A stretch of 64,000 nucleotides of DNA from Candidatus Aminicenantes bacterium (GTDB taxonomy: Bacteria; Acidobacteriota; Aminicenantia; Aminicenantales; JAFGBC01): the NCBI GenBank assembly GCA_963702005.1, contig OY969696.1:2912001-2976000 (forward strand), in the 5' to 3' direction. Below are positions 1-10,492 of the stretch, piece after piece. Each line of letters opens with the position of its first letter. Positions within the stretch are counted from its first letter, which is position 1. The position numbers and the translations under genes are program-made. The notes beneath the pieces were generated by a model. The model made no database searches. It saw nothing but the letters and a program-made list of their open reading frames with translations, and was not told the origin of the DNA.

Positions 1-174
1 ACGCTGGGGCGGGTCAAATCGAGCCAGGACATCCAGAAGACCCTCCGCGAACTCGAGGGCTGGAAGGAATTCGAATTCGGCTTCATGGGCGCCAAGACGG
101 TGACCTTCTTCGAGAGCACGCTCACCCCCGAAGGCGCCCGTTACACCATTCTCGGGGAATACCCGCTCGCTTGA
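1..174 (+). CDS. thpR: RNA 2',3'-cyclic phosphodiesterase (2'-5' RNA ligase family), 3' part only
   Basis: Frame 1 reads TLGRVK...TFFESTLTPEGARYTILGEYPLA*, typical of the 2H-phosphoesterase C-terminus following the second HxT motif; truncated by the window edge. Confidence 0.75.
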   Translation, partial: TLGRVKSSQDIQKTLRELEGWKEFEFGFMGAKTVTFFESTLTPEGARYTILGEYPLA

Positions 175-178
175 CGAG

Positions 179-784
179 ATGAAAATCGCCTTCGCCCTCT
201 GCTGCTACCTTCTGGGCGCCGTCCCGACCGGCTACCTTCTGTTCCGCCTCCGCGTCCGCAGCGACATCCGGCGATTCGGAAGCGGCAACACGGGCGCCAC
301 GAACGTCCTCCGTCTCGAGGGCTGGAAGGCGGCCCTGCCCGTCGCCCTGGCCGATGTCCTCAAGGGCATCCTTCCTCCCCTGCTCGCCCTCCGGCTCTTC
401 CAGGACGGCCGGCTCGCGCTCATCGCCTCGTTCCTGGCCGTGGTCGGCCACTGCTTCCCGGTTTACATCAAGTTCCGGGGCGGCAAGGGCGTGGCGACCA
501 CGATCGGCGTCCTCCTCGTCCTCGGCTGGTGGCAGCCGGCCGCGATCGCGCTGGCCGTGTTCGCCGGGACGATCGCCGCAACCCGATACGTTTCCCTCGG
601 ATCGCTCTTGGCCGCGCTCTCGATCCCGATCTCGGCGTTTCTCCTGAAACACGACGTCGAGTTCGCCGTCTGGGGAGTCGCCGTATTCGCCCTGATCGCG
701 CTCTGTCACCGGGCTAACATCGTGCGGATCATCCGCGGCCGGGAGCGCAAGTTCGGCCGCCGCGAGGAGGCCCACCCCGCATGA
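179..784 (+). CDS. plsY: Glycerol-3-phosphate acyltransferase PlsY
   Basis: YLLGAVPTG, GSGNTGATN, GHCFPVYIKFRGGKGVAT, H-RANI motifs; adjacent to gpsA. Confidence 0.97.
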   Translation: MKIAFALCCYLLGAVPTGYLLFRLRVRSDIRRFGSGNTGATNVLRLEGWKAALPVALADVLKGILPPLLALRLFQDGRLALIASFLAVVGHCFPVYIKFRGGKGVATTIGVLLVLGWWQPAAIALAVFAGTIAATRYVSLGSLLAALSIPISAFLLKHDVEFAVWGVAVFALIALCHRANIVRIIRGRERKFGRREEAHPA

Positions 785-1815
785 AGTCCTGCGTCGTCGG
801 CGGCGGAAGCTGGGGGTCGGCCTTCGCCCTCCACTTGGGCCGGATGGGGATCCCGACCCAGCTCTGGGTCCGGGAGGAAGAGATCCGGCACGAGCTCAGC
901 GAGCGCGGAACGAACAGTCTGTTCCTCCCCGGCTTCGTCTTTCCGCCCCAAGTCACCTTCTTCAACGAGATCGCGGCCGCCCTGGAAGGATGCGAGATCG
1001 TCTTCGTGGCCGTGCCCTCCCAGTACTTCCGAAGCGTCTTCACCCTGATGGCTGCTCACTTAGGCCCCGCGCGGGGAATCGTGAGCCTGACCAAGGGCAT
1101 CGAGGAGGGGACCCAGAAGCGGATGTCGGAGATCGTGGAGGAAATCCTGACGCCGGCCGGCCGGAGTCCGGTCGCCGCCCTGTCGGGCCCGAGCTTCGCC
1201 CGCGAAGTGGCCCAGGGCCAAGCGACGGCCGTCGTGGCCGCCTCCGAGGACGGCCCGTTCGCACGGACCGTTCAGCACCTCGTCTCGAACCTCAACCTTC
1301 GCGTCTACACCTCGCCCGATATCCGGGGCGTCGAGCTGGCTGGCGCCGTCAAGAACGTCATCGCCATCGCGGCCGGCATCTCGGACGGCCTGGCGGCGGG
1401 CCACAACTCCTCGGCCGCCCTGATCACGCGGGGGATCCACGAAATGACCCGGCTCGGATTGCGGATGGGCGCCCGGCCCGAGACGTTCGCGGGGCTGGCC
1501 GGGATCGGCGACCTCATCCTGACCTGCACGGGCGCCCTCAGCCGCAACCACTACGTCGGGTTCGAGCTGGGCCGCGGACGCAGCCTGGAGGCGGTCAGGT
1601 CCGGAATGACCATGATCGCCGAGGGGATTGTCACGACGCTCTCCGTCCACGAGCTGTCCGAGCGCCTCCGGGTCGAAATGCCCATCTGCGGACAGATCTA
1701 CGAAGTCCTCTACCGCGGGAAGCCGCCCCAGCGGGTTCTCAGCGATTTCATGTCCCGCTCCCTCAAGAGCGAGCACGGGGACGTCTTCGGCCCGGACGCC
1801 GAAGAAAAGGAGTGA
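781..1815 (+). CDS. gpsA: NAD(P)H-dependent glycerol-3-phosphate dehydrogenase
   Basis: GGGSWG Rossmann motif, SGPSFA, GAVKNVIAIAAG, GLAGIGDL, SRN. Confidence 0.97.
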   Translation: MKSCVVGGGSWGSAFALHLGRMGIPTQLWVREEEIRHELSERGTNSLFLPGFVFPPQVTFFNEIAAALEGCEIVFVAVPSQYFRSVFTLMAAHLGPARGIVSLTKGIEEGTQKRMSEIVEEILTPAGRSPVAALSGPSFAREVAQGQATAVVAASEDGPFARTVQHLVSNLNLRVYTSPDIRGVELAGAVKNVIAIAAGISDGLAAGHNSSAALITRGIHEMTRLGLRMGARPETFAGLAGIGDLILTCTGALSRNHYVGFELGRGRSLEAVRSGMTMIAEGIVTTLSVHELSERLRVEMPICGQIYEVLYRGKPPQRVLSDFMSRSLKSEHGDVFGPDAEEKE

Positions 1816-2586
1816 ATGATGAGTTCCATGAAACCCAAGGCCCTCGTCCTTCTCCTGGCCTGCCTGCCTCTCGCCCTGTGCGCCTCGCCCCAGAAGAGGC
1901 TGGAACGGACTCGCGAGAAAGATCCCAAGTACCAGTACAATCTGGGCTCCTTTTATCTCAACAACAATGACATCGACCAGGCCATCCACGCCTTCAACCG
2001 GGCCATCGAGCTCGATTCGCGCCTCCATCTCGCCTACAACGGACTCGGGCTGGCCTACTCGATGAAGGGGAATCTGGCCGAGGCGGCCAAGGCTTTCGAA
2101 AAATGCCTCGAGGTCAGCCCTCAGTTCACGGAAGCGCGGAACAACCTGGGGATGACCTACCAGGAGATGGGCTATCTCGACAAGGCCGAGGATCAGTACA
2201 AGAAGGCCGTCGCCGACCTCGCCTATCAAACCCGGGAGATGCCCTACTACAACCTGGCGCGTCTCTACCTGGGCAAGGGCCTGAATGAAGCGGCCCTGGA
2301 GACGGACCAGAAGGCCCTTCTGGCCAACGCCAACATGGTCCTGGCCTACAACTTGAAGGGGATGATCCTGGAGAAGATGGACAGGCTCCCCGAAGCGATC
2401 ACGGCCTATGAGGTCGCGGCCCGCAAGGTCCCGGACGAGGTCACCTTCGGCTACAACCTGGCCGTCGCCTGCTTCAAGAACAACGAGCGGGATAAGGCGC
2501 GGGAGGCGTTCGAGAGGATTCTGCCCAAGATCACCGACACGGCCATGCGCGACCGGGTCAACCAGTACCTCGAGCTCTTAAAATAG
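1816..2586 (+). CDS. Exported TPR protein (PilF/PilW-like)
   Basis: Signal peptide followed by about six TPR motifs (AYNGLG, ARNNLG, YYNLA). Confidence 0.8.
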   Translation: MMSSMKPKALVLLLACLPLALCASPQKRLERTREKDPKYQYNLGSFYLNNNDIDQAIHAFNRAIELDSRLHLAYNGLGLAYSMKGNLAEAAKAFEKCLEVSPQFTEARNNLGMTYQEMGYLDKAEDQYKKAVADLAYQTREMPYYNLARLYLGKGLNEAALETDQKALLANANMVLAYNLKGMILEKMDRLPEAITAYEVAARKVPDEVTFGYNLAVACFKNNERDKAREAFERILPKITDTAMRDRVNQYLELLK

Positions 2587-2619
2587 CCGAAGAAATAAGA
2601 AATAGGAAGGAGGTTCGAC

Positions 2620-3984
2620 ATGAAGTCCGAGATGTGGAGTCGACGAGCTTTTCTGCGCATGTGCGGGGCTTTGGGGACGGCCGCCTATTCGGCGACGTCC
2701 GGCGGCCTCGAGCGCGTCCTGGCCGCTTCCCAGACGGTCGCGGACCGAACGCCCGAGGAGGTGGCCGGTGACGAGTTCTACTGGAGGGAGATCCAACTCG
2801 CCTTCAAGCTGGACCGCACCTTGATCAACCTCAACAACGGTTTCACCGCCCCGGCCCCGCGGGTCGTGCTCGAGTCCGAGTTCCGGTACATGGAAATGAT
2901 CAACATGTTGCCCGTGCACTATCAGGGAATGGTCGCCAAGAACGTCGAGACGATCCGCCTGCGCATGGCCAAGGAGTTCGGCTGCGACCCCGAAGAGCTG
3001 GCCCTGACGCGCGGCGCCAGCGAGTCTCTGCAGATCGCCCAGAACGGGATCGACCTCAAGGCGGGCGACGAGGTCGTCACCACCGAGCAGGATTACCCCC
3101 GCATGCTGACGACCTGGGACCAGCGCGTGCGGCGCGAGGGGATCAAGGTCACACGGCTTCAGTTCCCGGTGCCGACGACCCAGGATGACCTCTACCAGCG
3201 GTTCGAGAAAGCCATCTCGCCGCGGACGAAAGTCTTCCATTTCTGCCACGTCACCAATCTAACGGCCCAGATGTTCCCGGTGGCGCGGCTGTCCCGCCTG
3301 GCCCGCTCCAAGGGGATCGTCACGATCGTGGACGGCGCCCACGCGCTGGGGCAGTTCCCGTTTAAGCTGAGGGACCTCGAGTGCGACGCCTACGGCGTCA
3401 GCCTACACAAGTGGCTGCTGGCTCCAATCGGTAACGGCTGCCTGTACATGCGTCGGGAGATGATCCCGAAATTCTGGCCTCTGCAGGCGGCCCCTGAACA
3501 GCAGGACAACGACATCCGCAAGTTCGAGTCCATCGGCACGCACCCCTGGGCCATCCGGGCGGCGCTGGGCGAAGCCCTGGCCTTCCACCAAGCCATCGGC
3601 GGCGAGCGCAAGGCGGCCCGTCTGCGCTACCTGACCCTCCGCTGGGCCAACGCCCTCAAGAAATATCCGCAGATTAAGATCCTGACGAACCTAAGCGATC
3701 CCCCGCAGGCCTGGGCCGTTGCCGCGGTCAACATCGAAGGTACCGACGTCAGGGATCTGGCCAGGTTCCTGATGGACAAGTACCGCATTATCGCCGTCCC
3801 GCTCGTCGGAGGCGCCCCGCCCAACCAGGTCTTCGATTATCAGGCTCTCCGGGTATCGCCGAACGTTTACACGACGCTCGAGGAGATCGACACGTTCGTC
3901 ATGGCCATGGAAGACGCTCTCAAGAACGGCGTCCCGTCCAACGATTCTCCGGCCGAAGCCGGCTGGTCGCTGGGCGGCGATTAG
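2620..3984 (+). CDS. Class V PLP-dependent aminotransferase (isopenicillin N epimerase/cysteine desulfurase-like) with Tat signal
   Basis: SRRAFLR twin-arginine motif; DGAHALG and SLHKWL (PLP lysine); AGGAGG RBS. Confidence 0.88.
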   Translation: MKSEMWSRRAFLRMCGALGTAAYSATSGGLERVLAASQTVADRTPEEVAGDEFYWREIQLAFKLDRTLINLNNGFTAPAPRVVLESEFRYMEMINMLPVHYQGMVAKNVETIRLRMAKEFGCDPEELALTRGASESLQIAQNGIDLKAGDEVVTTEQDYPRMLTTWDQRVRREGIKVTRLQFPVPTTQDDLYQRFEKAISPRTKVFHFCHVTNLTAQMFPVARLSRLARSKGIVTIVDGAHALGQFPFKLRDLECDAYGVSLHKWLLAPIGNGCLYMRREMIPKFWPLQAAPEQQDNDIRKFESIGTHPWAIRAALGEALAFHQAIGGERKAARLRYLTLRWANALKKYPQIKILTNLSDPPQAWAVAAVNIEGTDVRDLARFLMDKYRIIAVPLVGGAPPNQVFDYQALRVSPNVYTTLEEIDTFVMAMEDALKNGVPSNDSPAEAGWSLGGD

Positions 3985-4015
3985 GCGGAGACGTTGGCTT
4001 AAAGGGAGGAGTCCC

Positions 4016-4441
4016 ATGAAACGTTTTGTCGCATTGACCGTCATGACTCTTGTCGTCGTCTTCTTTGCTGGCGCCGCTATGGCCTATGCCCAGGCCTCTT
4101 TTAAGATTCCGTTCAAGTTCGAAGCCGGCGGCAAGAAGTTTCCGCCGGGCGAATACCGGGTGGCCCAGAAGGAAGACGGACAGATCGCCCTTCGGCAGGA
4201 ATCGACCGGCCTGGAAGTCCAGGTCCCCTTCACCCAGAAGCTGGCCCAACCGAACCCGCCCATCGAGGAGCCCCAGCTTATCTTCCATGTCGTGGGAAAC
4301 TTTGAGCCGTCCTACACGGAATACTTTACGGTCTATCTATTGGCGGAAGTCTGGCTGCCCGGGGAGGACGGCCTCCTGGTGCACACGACGAAAGGAGCGC
4401 ACCAGACCCAGATCGTCAAAGGCGAGGCGGCGAAAAAATAA
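4016..4441 (+). CDS. Small secreted hypothetical protein
   Basis: GGAGGAG RBS; signal peptide ending AYA; IPFKFEAGGKKFPPGEY beta-rich motif. Confidence 0.75.
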   Translation: MKRFVALTVMTLVVVFFAGAAMAYAQASFKIPFKFEAGGKKFPPGEYRVAQKEDGQIALRQESTGLEVQVPFTQKLAQPNPPIEEPQLIFHVVGNFEPSYTEYFTVYLLAEVWLPGEDGLLVHTTKGAHQTQIVKGEAAKK

Positions 4442-4453
4442 AATAGGGACGGA

Positions 4454-6502
4454 TTACCGCTCCCAAGCAAAAGGAGTTTTGAGCCTCTCTTCGACCCACG
4501 CCTTGTTGATCCGTAGGTTGTATTGGTCGTGCTGCAAGGTCCAGTCCGGGTCCGGGTTTAATCCTAGCGCCTCTTTAAAATGTGAAACCGCCGCCGCCCG
4601 ATTCCCGAGAAGATCCTGGATATTCCCCATCCAGATGAGGGCATTGAAGACGTCTCTCTTCTGCGAAGCCAGCTCTCGGCTTTTTTTGAAAGCCTCACAG
4701 GCTTCGGCGTAATAGCGGCCGTCGAAGAGGAGCATCCCGAGTTTAAACCAGGCACGGGGCGTTTTTATCCCCGTCGTTTCGGGGCGGCGGAGAAAATCGA
4801 GCGCGGCCTCCCCCGTGCCGGTCCATTCGAGGGCATCGATCGATTCTTCGATTTCAGCTGCAGTCCTGGGTACGGATTCCCGGACGAGCCCTAAGCGGTG
4901 TTCCGGGTCGAGGATAACCTCTTTAAGCGGAGCGCGGCTCCGGAAGCGAAGGACCGCGGCCCGGGAAAGCCTGTCCGTGGCCGCGGCCTGGCTCGAACCG
5001 TCCTTAAAGACCGCCTTGACCGGCACCGGCATGCGCACGGAATCCAGGCCGTACTCGACGCGGACCTCGCTCAGGTAGCCTCCCTCGGCTGGGGTCGAGG
5101 ACTGAGACGCGACCCGGCATTCGAGGATTTTATTGGACCTGGCCCAGTCGTCGAAGAACCAGCCGAGATTCTCCCCGGTCGCTCCCTCGCAGAGAGCCCG
5201 GAAATCGCGCCAGCCGATGCGTTTGCCGGTATACTCCCGGACGGCCCTCCGATAGATCTCGCCGAACCTTTCCCTGCCCAAGACGGTTTCGAGGGCGCTC
5301 AGCACGGTAAATCCCTTGCCATGAATAAGGATGTTGTTCCGGTCGAACCTCTGGGCTTTAACAAGCGAGGGCGGGGCGTCCATCGTCGTATCGTTCCTGG
5401 CCTTCACGCCCTGGAGGTAGCCGTCGATGAAGCCCTGATACCGGTCCCAGCCGAGACCGCGGGCCTGCAGGTATTCCTTATCGGCCTCGATCCCCATGCC
5501 GATCATGAACCAGGCTTCCGTGAAATCGCCCAAGACGTCCCCGGACATGATCGACTCGCCCCAGTACTGGTGGCCGATCTCGTGGGCCGTGATCCATTTC
5601 CACCAGGCGGCCTCGGCCTCGCCCTTGTTCGGGTCATAGGTTTCTTGGCCGTGGATGACGACGATTCCCGAAGCGTACGGATAGCCTCCCCACGGCTGGG
5701 GCCCTCCCGGTATGATGCACAGGGACCGATGGGGATAGCCGCCCAGCCACGATTTATAGAACGGGATGATGTCGGCCGCCGCTTTCAGACAGAGGAGGGC
5801 GCAGTCCCTCCCCTTTTCGGTGAACAGGGCCCTGATCGTCACCCCGCCCGCCTCGGCCTCCTCGGCTTTGAGCTCGTTCGACAGAAAGACGCCGAAGTAT
5901 GTTGTTACGAAGTCGTTTTCGTAATATCCGGTCGTGGGGTCGAACCGGCCGCTCACGGCGGCCTGATAGCCTTGGGGAATGTCCAGCTTGACCTTGAACG
6001 AGTCGCGGACCGGAAGGCCTTCCCACCACAGCCGGGGATACCAGCTCTTGAGGTGAATCTGGCCGTCATGGACGCCGGCCTTGGCGGTAAACTTCACTTC
6101 GAGACGAACGGTTTCGCCCGGCCTGACCGGCTTCGGCAGCTCCATCAAGAGCGGCGTCGTCATCGGCATGCTTTTTTCGGAATTTAGAATCTTGAGCGGC
6201 TCCCCTTTGATGCTTGCCTCGAAGGGCTGCGACGGTCCGAGCGTCCATTCGAAAGCCAGGACGGAAATCGGCCGGCTCGCCGTGTTGGCGAGAGCGATCG
6301 CGCCAGCTGTATCGACGGTCGCCGTTTCTCCGCTGATCCTGATTTTCGCGGCGAGAACGTACGAGGCCCCGGGCGGATCCTTCGGCATCCAATAGCCGGG
6401 GGTTTCGATGGAATCCTTGGCCGGGGAACCGTAGGATGCCCCGATTATGCATGTCGTAAGATAAAAAAACGCTAAGGGACGAACTGCTTTGAGCTTAAGC
6501 AT
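4454..6502 (-). CDS. Secreted M1-like (gluzincin) metallopeptidase with C-terminal TPR
   Basis: Signal peptide; AHEIGHQYWG (HExxH); HGKGFTVL...LG helix typical of M1; TPR-like tail. Confidence 0.8.
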   Translation of the reverse strand: MLKLKAVRPLAFFYLTTCIIGASYGSPAKDSIETPGYWMPKDPPGASYVLAAKIRISGETATVDTAGAIALANTASRPISVLAFEWTLGPSQPFEASIKGEPLKILNSEKSMPMTTPLLMELPKPVRPGETVRLEVKFTAKAGVHDGQIHLKSWYPRLWWEGLPVRDSFKVKLDIPQGYQAAVSGRFDPTTGYYENDFVTTYFGVFLSNELKAEEAEAGGVTIRALFTEKGRDCALLCLKAAADIIPFYKSWLGGYPHRSLCIIPGGPQPWGGYPYASGIVVIHGQETYDPNKGEAEAAWWKWITAHEIGHQYWGESIMSGDVLGDFTEAWFMIGMGIEADKEYLQARGLGWDRYQGFIDGYLQGVKARNDTTMDAPPSLVKAQRFDRNNILIHGKGFTVLSALETVLGRERFGEIYRRAVREYTGKRIGWRDFRALCEGATGENLGWFFDDWARSNKILECRVASQSSTPAEGGYLSEVRVEYGLDSVRMPVPVKAVFKDGSSQAAATDRLSRAAVLRFRSRAPLKEVILDPEHRLGLVRESVPRTAAEIEESIDALEWTGTGEAALDFLRRPETTGIKTPRAWFKLGMLLFDGRYYAEACEAFKKSRELASQKRDVFNALIWMGNIQDLLGNRAAAVSHFKEALGLNPDPDWTLQHDQYNLRINKAWVEERLKTPFAWER

Positions 6503-6649
6503 TGGCTGACCTCTCTATGAATATTATAACGCGCGATCGTCGACGGGCGAAAGAAACAGATTTGTTTTAGTCGGCGAGGCGGCGGTCGACTCATGCTCCC
6601 AGGCGCCATAACCAGGATTCCAGCACACGCGATCCGGGCGAACCGCCAA

Positions 6650-6685
6650 GCCCCTTCCGGTCTCGGCTGGAAGGGCCTTTTTTTC
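6650..6685 (+). terminator. Intrinsic terminator-like hairpin
   Basis: CCCTTCC...GGAAGGG stem followed by T7. Confidence 0.65.
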
Positions 6686-6698
6686 TTCCGCCCTCCGT

Positions 6699-6727
6699 TT
6701 GATTTTAAAAAGGAGAGTGCTTAGAAT
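6699..6727 (+). promoter_or_regulatory. Sigma70-type promoter of the sulfatase unit
   Basis: TTGATT-17 nt-TAGAAT. Confidence 0.65.
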
Positions 6728-6756
6728 GAGTGAGAATGAGAGACGGAGGAAATGCG

Positions 6757-6868
6757 ATAAAGAGAGAGGAGGCCCTGGCCCAGTTCGAGGGTTTATCTCA
6801 AGGCCGACGCCGACTCTGAGCGGGCCGCCCAAGTCAAGGGATTCGTTGAATTCCTCAAGAAGAAATAG
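6757..6868 (+). pseudogene. Relic of a TPR-protein gene (RBS and degenerate start joined to a C-terminus)
   Basis: GGAGG, then ATA AAG AGA, then EEALAQFE / frameshift / VYLKADADSERAAQVKGFVEFLKKK*. Confidence 0.5.
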
Positions 6869-6878
6869 CGGAAGACGG

Positions 6879-9020
6879 ATGGCTCAGATGAGTTCCGGGC
6901 GGCGGACATCCCTCGGGGGGGTCATTCTGGCCGCCCTGCTTGTTGTCTCCTTCCCGGCGTCCGCCGCGGCGGCCGGCCCGGGCAACGGCCGGAACCTTCT
7001 CCTTATCACCGTCGACACCCTGCGGGCCGATCATCTCGGCTGCTACGGATGCGCCGCGGTCCAAACCCCGTTCATCGACGGCCTGGCCCGGGACGGCGTT
7101 CGGTTCGAGCGGGCCTTCGCCCACACGACCACCACCCTGCCTTCTCACACGAACATCCTCCTCGGCCTCACTCCGCTCGCCCACGGCGTCCACGACAACT
7201 CCAACTTCATCGTCCGCCCCGAGTTCACGACGCTGGCCGAATGGCTGAAGGGGGCGGGCTACGCCACCGGCGCCGTCATCGGAGCCTTTCCCCTGGATTC
7301 CCGCTTCGGCCTCAACCAAGGATTCGACGTTTACGACGACAATTACGGCAGCCAATCACCCGACATGCTGTCCTTCGTGGAGCGGAAAGCCGAGGTCGTC
7401 GTGGCCTTGGCCCTCGAATGGCTCAAGGCCAGGGACGGGAGAACCCCCTGGTTTCTCTGGATCCATCTCTACGATCCCCATCAACCCTGGCAGCCGCCCG
7501 AGCCGTTTCGCTCCCAATACAAGGAGGACCTTTACTGCGGAGAAATCGCCTACACCGACCAGGCTCTCGGGAAACTCCTGGGCTATTTAAAGGAAACGGA
7601 CCTGGAGCGGACGACGGCCGTCGTATTCACGGCCGACCACGGCGAGGGGCTCGGGGAGCACGGGGAGATGACCCACGGCTATTTCGCCTACAACGCGACG
7701 CTCCGGATCCCGCTCCTGATCAACGCGCCCGGCATCAAACCGGCTTTCGTTTCCGCGAACGTGGGGCACGCCGACATCTTCCCCACGGTCTGCGACCTTC
7801 TCAAGATCGACAAGCCCTCGGGGCTCTCGGGCGTTTCGCTCCTGCCCCTGATCCAAGGGAAGGAGGTCCCCGATCGGCCCCTGTACTTTGAGGCCCTCAA
7901 CGCCTACTGCAACCGGGGGTGGGCGCCGCTCCGCGGATACATCGAGAGAAACGAAAAGTTCATCGACCTCCCCATCCCGGAACTGTATGACCTGGCCGCG
8001 GACTTTCCCGAGAAGGCTAATCTCGCCGAAGGACGCCCGCTCGACTCGTACCGGAAGCGGCTGGCCGATCTTCAGCAAGCCCTGTCCTCGACGCTCGAAA
8101 ACATGGCCGCCAAGGCGACGGACGCGCAGACCCTGAAGAAGCTCCGGAGCCTGGGCTACATCGCCGCGACCCAGGCCCCTCGGAAAAAGACCTACACCGC
8201 CGCAGATGACCTCAAGACACTTCTCCCCTACCACGAAAAGTGGATGAAGGCCACGCTCCTCCGCGAGAGCGGCCGGCCCCGGGAGGCGATCGAGCTCCTC
8301 AAGGAGATCGTCACCGAACGGAAGGACTTCGACCTCGCCTTCATCTATCTCGCCAATTTCTATAAAGAAGAAGGTCGGTCCGAGGACGCCGTGTCCGTCC
8401 TCCGGGTCGCTTACGAGTTCAACCCGGAGAGCTTCACGATCATGACCGGGCTGGGCATCCGGCTCGTCGAGGTCGGACGGTTCGACGAGGCGATCGACCT
8501 CCTCGCCAAGGCTCTGGGCATCATCGACTACGATCCCGAGGCCTGGAACTATCTCGGCGTCGCCCTTTGGAATAAAGGCGACTACGACGAGGCGCGGAAA
8601 GCGTACCAACGGGCCCTTGCCCTCGACGCCAACGATGCCATCGTCTTCAACAACCTGGGGTCGCTCGACCTCTCGGTTTACTTGAAGACGCAGGCTGGAG
8701 GATCCTTGGACGAGGCCATTGCCGACTTCCGGAAAGCCATCGAGTTCGACCCCCATTACGCTTCGGCCTATAACGGCTTGGGAGCGGCATTCAAAATGGC
8801 CGGAAACCCGGACGGCGCGATCGCGGCCTGGACCAAGGCGGTCGAGCTCAAGCCCGATTTCGGCTACCCCCTCTACAACCTGGGACTGTCCCTCCTCGCC
8901 AAGGGCGATAAGTCCGGCGCCCTCGGCTACTTCACCCGCTACAAGGAGCTGAACTACAGCGTCCTCTCTCCGGAAGACAAGAAAAAGCTGGACGATTTCA
9001 TCGAGCGCTGCCGGGAATGA
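6879..9020 (+). CDS. Sulfatase-like hydrolase with C-terminal TPR repeats
   Basis: LLITVDTLRADH, TTLPSHTNILLG, HLYDPH, TADHGE, PLLI motifs; TPR tail; start placed downstream of the promoter at MAQM. Confidence 0.9.
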   Translation: MAQMSSGRRTSLGGVILAALLVVSFPASAAAAGPGNGRNLLLITVDTLRADHLGCYGCAAVQTPFIDGLARDGVRFERAFAHTTTTLPSHTNILLGLTPLAHGVHDNSNFIVRPEFTTLAEWLKGAGYATGAVIGAFPLDSRFGLNQGFDVYDDNYGSQSPDMLSFVERKAEVVVALALEWLKARDGRTPWFLWIHLYDPHQPWQPPEPFRSQYKEDLYCGEIAYTDQALGKLLGYLKETDLERTTAVVFTADHGEGLGEHGEMTHGYFAYNATLRIPLLINAPGIKPAFVSANVGHADIFPTVCDLLKIDKPSGLSGVSLLPLIQGKEVPDRPLYFEALNAYCNRGWAPLRGYIERNEKFIDLPIPELYDLAADFPEKANLAEGRPLDSYRKRLADLQQALSSTLENMAAKATDAQTLKKLRSLGYIAATQAPRKKTYTAADDLKTLLPYHEKWMKATLLRESGRPREAIELLKEIVTERKDFDLAFIYLANFYKEEGRSEDAVSVLRVAYEFNPESFTIMTGLGIRLVEVGRFDEAIDLLAKALGIIDYDPEAWNYLGVALWNKGDYDEARKAYQRALALDANDAIVFNNLGSLDLSVYLKTQAGGSLDEAIADFRKAIEFDPHYASAYNGLGAAFKMAGNPDGAIAAWTKAVELKPDFGYPLYNLGLSLLAKGDKSGALGYFTRYKELNYSVLSPEDKKKLDDFIERCRE

Positions 9021-9070
9021 TCTCTGTCCCGACTCAGGGATGGCCCGGCCGGGAAGGATAAACAACGCGT

Positions 9071-9204
9071 ATGACAAAGACACGAAGGAACGCCCGCCCG
9101 AGACTGAGCCGAAAGCCCTCGAGGCCCTCAAGGCCTCCCTTAAGCTGAACCCCGATCAGAAGGACATCCGCGACATCGTCGCTTCGCTGGAAAAAATTCC
9201 CTAG
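9071..9204 (+). pseudogene. Relic of a TPR-protein gene (N-terminal start joined out of frame to a C-terminal TPR helix)
   Basis: ATG ACA AAG (MTKTRRNARPRLS), then in another frame KALEALKASLKLNPDQKDIRDIVASLEKIP*. Confidence 0.5.
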
Positions 9205-9213
9205 ATCTTGCGC

Positions 9214-10492
<1,279 letters not shown>

